Source: Octopus bimaculoides
Taxonomy: Eukaryota
Direction of reading: 5' to 3'
Assembly: GCF_001194135.2 (NCBI RefSeq)
Contig: NC_068982.1
Span: 24,486,827 to 24,550,826 of the forward strand
Length of the DNA: 64,000 bases
The position numbers were made by a program, and so were the translations under genes. Below the pieces are notes generated by a model. That model saw nothing but the letters and a program-made list of their open reading frames with translations. It had not been told where the DNA came from and made no database searches. Shown here one piece after another: positions 40,340 to 54,425 of this stretch (its first letter is position 1; each line of letters begins with the position of its first letter).

Positions 40340-41010
40340 ACTTAGGAAATATTATATGAGATAATACCAAACTTAAATGTTCTACACGCTCTTTTAATTG
40401 CATCCACACTTATATTAATATTCCTTCCTTTACACTCTCTTATTTTTACTCTAATTAGGTAACGAAGATAGGAGTCATTTTGAAATAAAAATACGTTTTT
40501 GCCCTTAATCGATGATTTAATGATGATGATGATAATGAGTAATTTTCTCAAAAGCCCCGATGACTGGCGTTGTTTATGAATATTACTACAATTAATAGTT
40601 AACTTGCTATAGAATACGGCAACACTTTATGAAATTGAAAATATCGCACTGCTAACACAAAGTAAGACATAATTTTGACTTGAAAGCTTGTAATATAGTA
40701 GTATAATGTTTTTATTTCTTCACATTTTAACTTGGCATTTGTTTTTATACAAATCGCGTGACTATATGTCTTCCACAGATAAGTAAAATGCGCTCACGCT
40801 GTAACGCATTTAATATTACAAACATAATGCTGTTCAATACAGCTATGTAAACACATTCTTTCTAAACAGATGTTTTTTGCAGAAACACTTTGATGACGGC
40901 CACTTTGATAATTGATAATCGCTTGTTTAGATAAGATGTTTGTGGTTCTCTAACCAATTGATCGGACAGGCCAGTTGCATCTAAAGCAAACTTAATTTGG
41001 GCTACAACAA
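40340..41010 (-). mobile_element. Possible very old Helitron helicase relic
   Basis: Weak ordered similarity: FALDATG, CSNIHKQ..SGLLRKLLIII, DSYLRYL. Confidence 0.25.
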
Positions 41011-41845
41011 AGGTACTGAGTTGAATTTACATATTTGTGCTTTTGAAGGGCAGTTATTAATTATGAAATATCAATGCCAAAAACATTGCGTAAATCAGAA
41101 GATCTGGAATAAATTTAACAACTGAGTGGAGCAGTCAACAAACCGTGAAACGTTACTTCAAAAATCATAACCCACCCTAATTTTCTGCTTAACTATAGAA
41201 GAGAAAAATGTATTTACATTGTTTAACCTAATTTCTATATTATTTAGTGAACATAATAGATTGACGCTGCCTTGTCATACATGTGTGTGTGTGTGTGTGT
41301 GTGAGCGCATGTGTGTGTGTGTGTGTAGGTGTGCATATATATGCATATGAATGCGTGTGTATTTAAATTTATGTACACGGATACAGATTTGGCCAGCATG
41401 AGTGTATGTGTGTCTTAACTTCTTCACTCATGTATTGTATTGAGTAATACTTATGAAATTTATCAACATTGATTCAGCCAATTTCAGTAATAGTATTATG
41501 CGTTTCCACATACACACACATCATAGAAGTGCATTTACATAAATATATGTATGTGTGTGTATGTGTGTGTGCGCGTGCCTGTATGTGTGTGTGTATGTGT
41601 GTGTGCGCGTGCCTGTATGTGTGTTTTTATGTGTCAGATAATAGCTATAAGAGATGATGAAGGGGACCAATAGAATAATATTGTCGATGTGTGCGTATAT
41701 ATACACACTCAAAACAGAATGGTAGTTAGGAAAAGTAGAAATGGATACTGATATACGTAAATAATCCTGATGAAAATCGTTTTAAAAAACTGGCAAAATT
41801 CGTAAAATAAGTTTTTCCATGAATGGACGTCATTTTAACCTTTGT

Positions 41846-41878
<33 letters not shown>

Positions 41879-43599
41879 CATATGGAATGAGGGAGAGAGA
41901 AACAGAGCGACAAAGAGAGAAAGATGTTGTGCATAAATATTTGCAAGACTGTATTGCGAATATTGTATCTCGCCTGTTAGTGTTGTGTTTAACATTTGAC
42001 GTACATATTTTCCATTTTCGGTCTAACACACTATATGACATATATTAACACACACACAAACACCCCCCACACACACACACACACCCACACACAAACATAA
42101 ACATTTTGTATATATATATATAAATATCTGTACTTCGATACATCGAATATGTTAAATTTATTAATACATGAATTTGCAATATTGTTTAATCGGCCAGCCT
42201 ATCTTTTGTGTGGAATATTTCCGCATTTAGGGTTGCCCTATATAATATGAACTCATTGGATCCTATTCGAGTTCATTTTTTTAACTACCGTATTGGATTT
42301 ATTTTTACTGATTTATTTTTACTGATTTAGTTATTAAAATATTATTAAACTCTTTCCAAAGTAATTTAATAACCTTTAAATAAATTTCGTTTTCCCACTT
42401 ATGCTTTGTTGGAGTTCTCTTTTCTTTATTTTCTTTATGCTACAACAGAAAGCAAGTGTATGCTATATTTCCATCAAAAATTATTTTATAGGCATATATT
42501 ACATAGGTAAGAACTCCAGAGAACCAAGAGCCTATGTTAAATAATCCATCAAATTCCTATTTATCTATATGTCTATCTGCATACACGCACACACACACAA
42601 GCGCCCAGATACATGTATACATATGTATGTGATTGTATAAATATAAACATTTACATATATATATATATATATATATACATATATACACATAAATATATTC
42701 ATGCATGTGTCAATAAATAAGTAGCACATAATTATGTACGTATACACAGAGACAGTGACAAACACACACACATACACACACGTGTATGTATGTGTGTGTC
42801 CGTTTTTCTGTGTCACTTAACGTACACTGCATTGAAATATGAACTACTTATAGAAAAATCTGCGTAGACGCTTCTGTTTGTGTTAACAGGAAGGAACTAT
42901 TATAAGCTCTTATTTGAATAGTGTACATAGAATGATAAATATCTCCAATTGGATGGAGTAGATTTTTTGTTGATTACATTGGAGGAATTTCAACCATGTT
43001 TCGTGGTCTGCTACCACAACAGCTCCTTTATAGGATCCAGNNNNNNNNNNNNNNNNNNNNNNNNNNNNNNNNNNNNNNNNNNNNNNNNNNNNNNNNNNNN
43101 NNNNNNNNNNNNNNNNNNNNNNNNNNNNCTTCAGCTCTGGTGTTGGGTGCATGTCTTCTTTCACTGTTTGTGACTGTTCTAATTCAACTGTGGGATGTCC
43201 CTCGCTATGGTTATTTTCCAGGAGGTCCTGGCCACACGTCTTACGGTTCATCAACCCGCGTTGTTGAATTACTTTTTTCCGACATTATATATATATATAT
43301 GTGTGTGCGTGTATGTGTGTGTGTGTATGTGTGTGTATGTGTATGTGTGTGTATGTGTGTGTGTGTGTGTATGTGTGCGCGTGCGTGAGTGTGTGTGTGC
43401 AGAAAACATGAAGGCACTGTGTAGGAAGACCAACGTGTGCAATTTCAAAATGTAGCATCGTGGAATATACAGAATATACAGATGCAAATATTATTATATT
43501 TTCTTATGGCTACGAATTCCTTTTCTCAAAATTTATTTTAGGTTTGCATGATATCAAATAACATATGCAACATAATACAAGAACAGAAGAAAATCCTAA

Positions 43600-44480
43600 T
43601 AACTTTAATGAAATCGTTATTCAGTATGTAATAATTTTCTTGCAAGTTTTCTAAATATGTTATTGTGAAATTCAATTAAATACTTTAAGCAATTGTGCAA
43701 ACCATATTTCCAGAGCCATAAAATAATTATGGATCTTTCCAGGAATGATAAGGGATTTGTAGTTCGGAATTTATATACGTTAGCATCAATGTCTATAAAG
43801 TTACATTGAAGGTAGCAAACAAAGGTATCCTCCAATTGTCAATACATTTAATTTTAACCGGTATTTGCAACTTTTGTACCTAGATTTTCGTCTCATGAAA
43901 GCTGCAATATCAAACTACTTTAATGAATGTTTCCTGCATACATATGATTTTCACACAGAATTTGTTCCATAGCAATTCCCCTGAGATAATTTACAACGGT
44001 TTACCCGATATATTGATCTCAGTAGACTTTGAAATTTAAAATACATATTAAAAACCCAGAAAGCCCGGATCATTGTGAAATATTATTGCTAATTTTGAAA
44101 ACAGTTCTTCCTTTAAAAATGATTGCTGGAATCTTCCAATTACGTGTTACGGATTTACTGTATGCTACTTGGATCGGCTTCGTTTCATCATTTAACATTA
44201 AGTTCTAGCTCTGACTTCATTCAAGAAGTGTTAACAATGTATATATAGATAGGCATTGGACATCAGTTACGTATATCTATCGTTGTTTCAATGAAAATAT
44301 TTACGGATAGTGTAGGGCTTGAAATAACTGGGCTTTTGACCGCATGCTTGTGTCCTGTGAGATTAAATTGTTTTGGCGCACACTCACTCCAATTAGGGGA
44401 AAGGGAATAGAACGTTCTTGATATTTCCGCAAGTGCATTAATAATCTAGTTTACTGGCATTTTATGGGATAATTGCAAAG
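43600..44480 (-). mobile_element. Possible very old Helitron helicase relic
   Basis: Weak, frame-shifting similarity: IIP, INA, SPNW..LT..MR, IDIRN(G). Confidence 0.22.
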
Positions 44481-46049
44481 TAGTGGTATTAGGACATCCT
44501 ACAAAAAGACGTTCATTAAATATGCTGAAATTCGACAGCAAAATGATTATGTAAATCAAAAACTATTACTTAACACTGAAATTTATATACTCGTGCATCA
44601 GATTTACCATATCAAATTACCTCAATAGGGGATTGCAATTCGCTCGTATATGTGGGTTGTAATTATAATAGATTCTTGGGTAAATGTTTTCCATTGTTGA
44701 GTGTCATTTATTTAAAAAGCCATAACAAATATCTTAATTGTTGATCTCCAGGGTCAGTTGTATTAGAGGCAAGACCCTGCAACTGACAGTATGATTTCCA
44801 TGATTTATCATTTCTTTCTATTTTAGGTCAATCTAAGCGTGTCGTCGTTATTGATGATGAGATCACGTTTTAAGGTTTCTGATCAAAGGTTCAGACAAAT
44901 GTTTTATCGCTTGCACTGTGTTGTTTCCCACCAATAAAATCTATGTCGAGAAATCTCCACAGAGTTTGATTTATAGTAGAAATATTTAGAAATACATTTG
45001 GGTTCGTTCAGAAAATTCTGTCTGGTAAAAAATCAAATGAACGTTTCACCAATACAAAGAGCCACATGTACAATTCGGCATCAGATTTCTAAATATGAAA
45101 GCCATTCTTGTTTCGTGCTCGTAACAAATATATAATAGCTTAATTTTATTATATCTATCATCACCATATTGATTGCGCTGTTAAATGTTATTGTTGTTCT
45201 CGATATTTCATAAATTCTCTTCGTATGCAACTATCAAATGAATCATACACGTATGAATGGAATGAGTTTTACTTATTTCATTAATGCAGAACATGTGACT
45301 TGAAGTAACTGACTGGTAAAAGATTTCTGAGCGCTCATTGTGCTAGACACTAATACATTACTACTGAAATTTACACCATGGAAATAGTATGGTAGAAAAT
45401 TCTTTCCCTAATGATGAAGAACTATATAAATCATGCTGTTGCTGAGATTTGAACGTTATTGGATTAAGAAAGATGTTTAGGTATGCTGGAAATGAAAGGA
45501 ATACTAATTAATATTTGCGTAAAAAAAATAATATATTTGATATAGAAGCGAATAATACATAAATTCATTTGAAATACATTTTGAAGTGCCTACTTTGCGA
45601 TTTTTACTCCAGTCGCTAATACGTATGCTCATTGTTAAAAAGCAATTAATGAAACTTAGAGGTATAAGGTTAGATATACGTTACACGCAACAAAAATGTG
45701 TTATATCGGGATATTTCTATCGAATAACACAAATTTGATAAAATATTTCCTATTTTCATAAGTTAAATCGTTAACGTAAAACCTGAATTTGTAAAAGGCC
45801 TATAGGAAACGATTCAACATAAAACATTGGTGATAATATGAAAAGGCGCTTACCTATCATAAAATATTTTTTATTGTTTTTATACATTCCGACTAACATG
45901 AAATGCAACAAAGATATACAAATAATAACCATATATATATATATATATAATCTCTATTTCGCTTACTGGTTCCAGCCAGACGAGCAGGACTCCATGCTGG
46001 AGCACCGTCTTTCAGTGTAATTGGTTTGTTTTCTGTATTCAATTTGTGT

Positions 46050-46300
46050 TTATATGATATCCAGGTAAAACTTTCTCAGACGCAATTTGAAGACCTCCAC
46101 ATTTACACCTCGCACATCCTTGAGGCTGCTTTGAAGAATGCTGAATACTTATGGATAATTTAATCACAATGTATCTGTACTGTGGCCTCATTTTTGATGG
46201 AGAACATGGGATATTCAGTGCTATGCAGTGCCATCGGGCGCGGTTGTTGGCATACATTACAATTAACATCTGAAAGCTAGACATTTCAGGATCTTCCATA
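46050..46300 (-). mobile_element. CR1/Jockey-group LINE 3' fragment
   Basis: SSLKDVRGVNVEVFKLRLRKF, the same terminal region as 26686-26800. Confidence 0.6.
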
Positions 46301-46436
46301 TACATGTCACTGCATATTTTTGACTGAGTAGCACATTTATTTCACGGAGTCAATCTTCCTTCTGCTGTTATACTATATTGCCTCAAGTTCCGCCGACAGT
46401 TTGACGTCGGGAGAAGAGTATGCATTTTAGTATGTA

Positions 46437-46470
<34 letters not shown>

Positions 46471-48236
46471 CATATATANNNNNNNNNNNNNNNNNNNNNN
46501 NNNNNNNNNNNNNNNNNNNNNNNNNNNNNNNNNNNNNNNNNNNNNNNNNNNNNNNNNNNNNNNNNNNNNNNNNNNNNNNNNNNNNNNNNNNNNNNNTATA
46601 TATATATATATTCAAACATACACATCACACACTCGCACACACAAACCCACACGCGCACACACATACGCTCACGCACAAACACACACACACACACACACAC
46701 AGATATATATATTCCAAGACAAAAACATGGCTCAGTTTCTTCCTTCCTTGATACATTGGCAACAGCCATGGAAGGAAATATTTGAACGAATGGGAAAATT
46801 TAAAAATCGATAAGACAGTATAGATTTATATTCTTAATTTCTCTACTGCGGAAATATATAGTTATCTTTGCATTCAACATACTTCTATAGATATATGTAA
46901 ATTAATTTAATTATATATTTTCATTCAAATCTGACAACGATGTTTATTTTAACAACATCATATAATCATCGTTTAAACATATGCTATCGAATCAGAATTA
47001 ATCTTTAGTGGACATATATTTGAACGAAATCTGAAATCCGAAATACGCTGCTTTGATGTACGTTTCATTCATATGTGTGTGTATGTAAGCTTGTGACTGT
47101 CAGGGGAAAAGAGAGGTTGGGAGGAGGAGAGAGAATATGTGTGAATCTTATTGTCTTGATTATTAAATAGCATACAATGTTCAGTTTACCCAAGCTCATA
47201 AACAAATGACCTCATAAACAAATCTTTCCCTACGTATAAACGGCAAACTGTACAGCACTATATTCTCTTCTATATCAAATTTGGACAATATCGAAATTCG
47301 CCCTTACCTCTTAGGCTTGTAAAATTGATAATTAAACTGAAATCGGAATCAATAAATATTATACCCTTCCAATACGAAAAAACCTTTGAAGGAAGAAGTG
47401 ACAATTTTTTATATAAACAATCTTACTCTTCACTTATATACTTACATATGTAAACACACATTTATATTGCTCTATATATACATACATACTAACACATATA
47501 TATATACCTATATATATGTATGTATGTACATATATATATATACACACACAAGCATATAGCTATCTCTCTATCTATCTATCTCTCTATATATATATTGGGT
47601 ACTTTATCTTTGACAAAAGAAACTCATTCAATAGGAATGCGAAATTTTCTTCCGTATTTTTTTATGAAAACACGTGGTAAGTTACAGACGATGAAAACTT
47701 GATGTGACATTTTAGAATCATTGCAAATCTTTTGTAGCTTCCATTTTCATATTTATGTTACTTGTTTCTTTCAAAATGACGTCCATATTTGTCAAGAAAA
47801 TATAATATAATATTTAGCTGGGCCGTCCAGATTCTTTACCAAGCAATTGGGGATCTACCAAAATATACAGTTCCGAGAGCTCTTTGAGATAAATCTAGAA
47901 ACAATCAAAGAATTGACATTTTGGACAACTGAAGGGTGGGATAAAAGGGTGGTAATAAATTGTTCACAATATGTTGTCAAAATATTTCGTCCTATTTTCA
48001 ATGATTTCCCCTAAATTGTTTCACTTATTCTTGCACACGTTTTGAAATAAATCCTTTGTCTTACTCAAACTCTCATCAATATGTCACTGTATATAATCTC
48101 TTATTTCCAAAGTTTCGACTCATTTTCTATTCCTACAAACCCGAATCTTTCGTCTACACTAACGCATATATATTAGTTCTCACTCTTCATCCACTATCTT
48201 CAAATTCGCAGCTCATTTATTGTTGTAGCATAGTCT

Positions 48237-48314
48237 TTCTCTCTCTTTTTCTCTCTCTCTCTCTTTCTCTCTCTCTCTTTTTCTCTCTCTCTCTTTCTCT
48301 CTCTTTTTCTCTCT

Positions 48315-48400
<86 letters not shown>
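48237..48400. repeat. (TC)n microsatellite
   Basis: Direct reading of the sequence. Confidence 0.96.
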
Positions 48401-48403
<3 letters not shown>

Positions 48404-49830
48404 GCTTTCATTTCCTTCCTTTGAATCCTATACTGCACCCTTTCTCCAGTCTCAAGAACAATTTCACTGAAACATAGTCATGACACAAGGACATACATAC
48501 ACACGCACGCACTCATACAAACATCCTTACATATACTTATACATACGAATAAATATGTGTGTGAGTGTACATGAGTGTCCATAAAATATATATCTCATCC
48601 AATGTAGAGCGAACTATGAGAGAAAAATGGCCTGATGCGTAGTAGTGTATGAGAATTTAGTTTCACATGCTCACATCACATGCACTTATACAGTTATATA
48701 TCAAACCCGCGTCATTTGAAATTAAACCAATCGGAAGAAACCGGAAATGATTTTTTTTTCTCTCCAGGACACAATATACAATTATAAATTAAATAAACAC
48801 GCATATATATATATATATATATANNNNNNNNNNNNNNNNNNNNNNNNNNNNNNNNNNNNNNNNNNNNNNNNNNNNNNNNNNNNNNNNNNNNNNNNNNNNN
48901 NNNNNNNNNNNNNNNNNNNNNNNNNNNNNNNNNNNNNNNNNNNNNNNNNNNNNNNNNNNNNNNNNNNNNNNNNNNNNNNNNNNNNNNNNNNNNNNNNNNN
49001 NNNNNNNNNNNNNNNNNNNNNNNNNNNNNNNNNNNNNNNNNNNNNNNNNNNNNNNNNNNNNNNNNNNNNNNNNNNNNNNNNNNNNNNNNNNNNNNNNNNN
49101 NNNNNNNNNNNNNNNNNNNNNNNNNNNNNNNNNNNNNNNNNNNNNNNNNNNNNNNNNNNNNNNNNNNNNNNNNNNNNNNNNNNNNNNNNNNNNNNNNNNN
49201 NNNNNNNNNNNNNNNNNNNNNNNNNNNNNNNNNATTTAATAAATTTGATTCAGCAACAATATTGCTGCCGTGTAATTAAATTTTATTTTTAAGTAGTAGA
49301 ATGTGCAAATCAATCCAGGGATGTGTTAGAACTCCTACAGACTAAAATACAATTTTGAAATTTGTGTCCTTGTACATGCATTGAACCAGTGATAGAAAGT
49401 GTTGATAATATTTACGTCACGAGTTTCAAGTAAAGAATTAAATATATCTTCGATATTTCTCTAACCAAGCTGCCTGAAATACAGAGACATAACTCAATCA
49501 AAATTCGTGTATATATATTATTCAAAAGAATTCCAACTCTGTCTGTTTTTTATGTTTTATTTTTATTCTTATAAAATTAATGTAGGATATAGAATATGAA
49601 ATATATACTATATATAGTAAAATGAAATGAAGTATTGAATGTCTTATTGAATAAATGAAATATTGAATATTAAATATTAAAGGACTAGTATACTTTCTTG
49701 CTTTCTAGCAGTCTTCAATGTCTCATGTGACAGGAATGTTTCAACTATATATTTAAAGTTGTGGATTGCTTTCTAATCGTAATACGATGAATTAAAGTAA
49801 ATCTTTTTTTAATATATATTTGACGGTTGA

Positions 49831-50099
49831 ATAAGAATGCAAGAATTCAGGAATGGAGCAGATAAGATTCGGGATACATATATTTCATAGCGACCGGAAT
49901 TTCGGGAGTGGTAAATATCCAAGCAGGTTACTCTTTAGGTTAAGAATATCTTGATAAACTTTCATTTTATCAAGATGTCTCTGGCCGGAAGAGTAGGCTA
50001 CAGTATACACTTCGCTTGGATATTTAGAACTTCCGAGGTTCCGCTCTCTATGAAACATATGTAGCCAGGATGTTATATAATACATTCCTTTATTCTTAT
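49831..50099. repeat. Long imperfect inverted repeat (foldback, MITE-like)
   Basis: Arms pair from 49831/50099 inward to an 11-bp perfect stem, 49948-49958 with 49966-49976. Confidence 0.85.
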
Positions 50100-51274
50100 G
50101 TGTGAGTTTATATATATATGTGTGAGTATTATTCTTATGTGTGAGTATATATATATATGTGTGTGTGTGCGTGTGTGCGCGTGTGTATGTGTGTGTATCT
50201 GTGTCTGTGTTTATATATGTATATATATGTGTGTATGTGTGCATGTGTTTATCTATGCATATATAAATATATGTATATATATATGTATATATATATATAT
50301 ATTTGTANNNNNNNNNNNNNNNNNNNNNNNNNNNNNNNNNNNNNNNNNNNNNNNNNNNNNNNNNNNNNNNNNNNNNNNNNNNNNNNNNNNNNNNNNNNNN
50401 NNNNNNNNNNNNNNNNNNNNNNNNNNNNNNNNNNNNNNNNNNNNNNNNNNNNNNNNNNNNNNNNNNNNNNNNNNNNNNNNNNNNNNNNNNNNNNNNNNNN
50501 NNNNNNNNNNNNNNNNNNNNNNNNNNNNNNNNNNNNNNNNNNNNNNNNNNNNNNNNNNNNNNNNNNNNNNNNNNNNNNNNNNNNNNNNNNNNNNNNNNNN
50601 NNNNNNNNNNNNNNNNNNNNNNNNNNNNNNNNNNNNNNNNNNNNNNNNNNNNNNNNNNNNNNNNNNNNNNNNNNNNNNNNNNNNNNNNNNNNNNNNNNNN
50701 NNNNNNNNNNNNNNNNNNNNNNNNNNNNNNNNNNNNNNNNNNNNNNNNNNNNNNNNNNNNNNNNNNNNNNNNNNNNNNNNNNNNNNNNNNNNNNNNNNNN
50801 NNNNNNNNNNNNNNNNNNNNNNNNNNNNNNNNNNNNNNNNNNNNNNNNNNNNNNNNNNNNNNNNNNNNNNNNNNNNNNNNNNNNNNNNNNNNNNNNNNNN
50901 NNNNNNNNNNNNNNNNNNNNNNNNNNNNNNNNNNNNNNNNNNNNNNNNNNNNNNNNNNNNNNNNNNNNNNNNNNNNNNNNNNNNNNNNNNNNNNNNNNNN
51001 NNNNNNNNNNNNNNNNNNNNNNNNNNNNNNNNNNNNNNNNNNNNNNNNNNNNNNNNNNNNNNNNNNNNNNNNNNNNNNNNNNNNNNNNNNNNNNNNNNNN
51101 NNNNNNNNNNNNNNNNNNNNNNNNNNNNNNNNNNNNNNNNNNNNNNNNNNNNNNNNNNNNNNNNNNNNNNNNNNNNNNNNNNNNNNNNNNNNNNNNNNNN
51201 NNNNNNNNNNNNNNNNNTGTGTATACATATACATGTACATATACATATACATATACATATGCATATACATATAT

Positions 51275-52075
51275 ATAACTCCATATCTTCCTCGCCTTCG
51301 CTACAGAGAGTAGAACGTTAACTCCCTCAGTCTCTCCCAGTAGCTAATATGTCGAATCGTGACGATCTTCTACGTGTAGCTTCGCTGGATTGCCTCGAGT
51401 TCTGTCGTTTATTTTACACTGGTTGGTGACGTTATTTGGGAACAGTATTCCAGACGGCTGAGAATGAAAGTCCTCTAGAAGACCATTATAGTTTCCTCTT
51501 TTGTTGTTTTCAAATTTGAAAGGAACCTTCCGGCTAGACGACTGCATTGTATTGTCGTCTTGGTAATAATCACTTGGATAGATGCATCATTACTCATGTC
51601 GATGCTCAAGTCACACACTGATTTTGATTCATGAATTGTAATCCCAACTAGGTCAGTGTAACCTATCAGCATTTCATGGGGTTTCCTGTATTGGTAGCTC
51701 AGGGCTTTCAATGTTCCAGCATTAAAATGCATGTTATTTTGCTCAGCCTACCTGTATATTACATCCAACTCGCTTTGCTTATGCATAACCTCTCCACGGT
51801 GCTATATCTTCTCAGAGAATTTTGCATCGTCTGCATAGCTATCTAGGATGGCTATTTGAGAAGCCTGTCAGAGATAGCCACTATGAATAGTAGCGGTCCT
51901 AGGACAGTACCCTGTGGACCCATTTTTTTAATAAAGCTAACGATTTTGAGGGTAAGGAGAGTAGACGAAACAATCTCTTCGATATTTGTTTCTTTTATCG
52001 ACCCAAGAATGACGGAAGGTAAAATCGACCTTGTCTGAATTGGAATGGAAAGGGTCAAGAGCTGGAGCAAATTCC
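51275..52075 (-). mobile_element. Decayed CR1/Jockey-group LINE reverse transcriptase
   Basis: GPQGTVLGPLLFIVAISD; SYADDAK; MHFNAG; SVCDLSIDMSNDAS; ELEAIQRSYT; SYWERLRELTFYSL*RRRGRYG.IY. Confidence 0.9.
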
Positions 52076-52139
52076 ACGAAATATTTTATCCGATTCTACA
52101 AGAATTCTGTCAACTCACTGCCATTTTATAGGTTAAAGG

Positions 52140-52595
52140 TCCAGGTTAGGAAGGGGAATCAATCGATTACAACGATTGTCTGATTGATACTTTATTTAAA
52201 TGACCTCGAAAGAGTAGAAAGTTAAGTTTGACAGTGTAAGGCTCTGAACTGGAGGCGACATTGGTGCTCAACTGGTATTTATTTTAATGAACTGGAATAG
52301 ACGAAACGCAATATCAGTCAGTGGCATTTGAACTCGGAACTTACAAGTGAAAGAAATGCTGCTATTTTGTCCGATACTGCAACGATTATGTTAGGTCGCC
52401 ACCTTCGCCTGTTTTTCTAATAATCATTTCCAATATCGCAAAAGGGGATAACATCAGCCGGAGTGCTTCATTGGTAATTATTTTATCAATTCCGGTGGAA
52501 TTTATCGTCCCCCGTGGAATGCAAAGAGGAGCGAAATGACGCTAAACATTTTGCCCGACGTGTTAACGAATCTGTCAAGACGGCCGCCGCCTTTG
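52140..52595 (-). mobile_element. Cluster of degenerate SINE relics
   Basis: Fragments such as aatcgattac, caactggtatttatttta, atttgaactcggaac and cattttgcccgacgtgttaacga..gccgccgcctt match the reverse complement of the 57001 SINE. Confidence 0.6.
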
Positions 52596-52959
52596 CTCCA
52601 TTACTAACTATAAATAGAAAATAACAAAATCGCAACAAAAACTGAATAGAAAAAATAGTTCCAATTAGCGTTTAGGGTGGTAGTGAAGTTAAGTTAAGGA
52701 AGTTGATTTGATACTTGAACACAAACATTTGTATCAAGACGATTGATTGTTCACAAATGTAATATATTTTTTATTGTAAAATAACTGCCGTCTGTTTGAA
52801 GCGGTGGTTTTATGATGGAAGCGAGGTGGATGGGAAAAAATAGTTGTGTTATATTTTATTATATTAAATTCTTTATTTATCATTAATATGCTCCGGCTCC
52901 CGTGAGCACCACACTTGAAGGGCTTAGTTCGTTATTTTTTGTTTGAATTTTCAATATAT

Positions 52960-53120
52960 TTCTATATATAATGAGAATTTACAACAAAAGAAAAAACGAA
53001 GACGGGTGTTAAAACAACAAACATATGTGTTAGTTTAACGCTCGGGAAGTGAGAAAGTCCTTTACGTTTCGAGCCTACGCTCTTCGACAGAAAGGAACGC
53101 AGAAATAAGCAGGAAAAGAG
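52960..53120 (-). mobile_element. Interspersed repeat with a hammerhead-like fold (PLE terminal-repeat type)
   Basis: Homologous to 59745-59915. Minus strand reads cctttCTGTCGA-a-gagc-gtag-gctc-GAAACGTA-aagg. Confidence 0.65.
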
Positions 53121-53570
53121 ACAGCTGTATATAAATATACGCAGTCGCTCACATAAATTCTAAAATAAAATTTTGGAGATATATGTGTGTGAGTTTCTTT
53201 ACGTATGATGTATATAAATTCATATGGATAGTTTGCGTTTTATCCTCTGGTGTGTGATAAGATCAGTATCATTTGAGCACAGGGTCGATGTAATTGACGT
53301 AACCCATCCTTTAGAAGTGTTAGTCTTGTGCCAAAATTTGAAGCTATTTTTGATATGTATAATTTAATTATTGAAACTGTAGCTGAGAATTTCCCTCGTA
53401 TGTTTGCTGCAAAAGGTGCAACCTAAACACTTACTAAAGTCTAGTTCCCTTAGTTTTTATCAAACAAAAATTGTTCTTATTTATGAAATCCGCATGCAAC
53501 AACGCCAGGAACCTCAACTGGTGGTCACAGTATTTTTTGAGATTATAGCCTCCAGCATTTCTCCTGTAAA

Positions 53571-53631
<61 letters not shown>

Positions 53632-54425
53632 TTGAAAATATGATGAAAGATGAATGACTTTTAATACAAAACCATTGTAAAAGGATATTTTATGCAATTT
53701 TGGATGTCATATTAGTGCTCAAGGCTATTATGTTTATTTACGTCACTGTGCATTACAGTTTTCAAATACTGAAAGATTTGATTAAATTTGTGGGAACATA
53801 TTTGCTTTCGTGTACCTTTAAGTTCTTATCGCTGTTATTCAGAACATATTCTGTCTATTATTTGAAATTAATTTCTAGAATTATGATCAATTTAAAATTG
53901 CCTTAGCGGTTTATTTTAATTTACTTTTAATATCTGGAAGCAAACACTGTTTTAATGATATTTATATTTCATATGCACATTCGTATCACACATTTATGAG
54001 GAAAGAATGAAGTGAAATGTAAATATTACAAATGGTTCCGCCTTTGAAAACTTGTTTTGAACTGAGAACTTAATATATATTAAATATGCACTTCATATGT
54101 TTCACAACATATTGGATATTCTTACATTGTAAACCTGTATTGAAAATGTTTCCGATCTTTCATCTGATCGATGATTAACGCATATAAAACTGTCTATATT
54201 TTTAAAACTGTCGAAGTTATTTATAGCTTATCTGACATATTTGTAACATGGGCGACGAGAAACTTTTCTGTTTATTCTCCTCAAAATTTTAATTTTATGT
54301 TGAATGTGTCCTCAATTTGATAATACATTTCTTGGTGTAATGAACTTTTCATTCATCAAAAGCCCAGATAGGAACAGGAACCTAAATTTTTCGGAGAACC
54401 AATGTCGAAGTGGCACGTTTATATG

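Noticed and set aside
43600-44100. Apparent tyrosine-kinase motifs on the minus strand (LRGIAME, DENLGTKVANTG, GKI..MALE)
   Set aside because: The motifs are in different frames with many stops and wrong spacing, and HRD and DFG are absent. This is probably chance resemblance.
48200-48403. Arg/Glu-rich ORF
   Set aside because: It is a translation of a (GA)n microsatellite.
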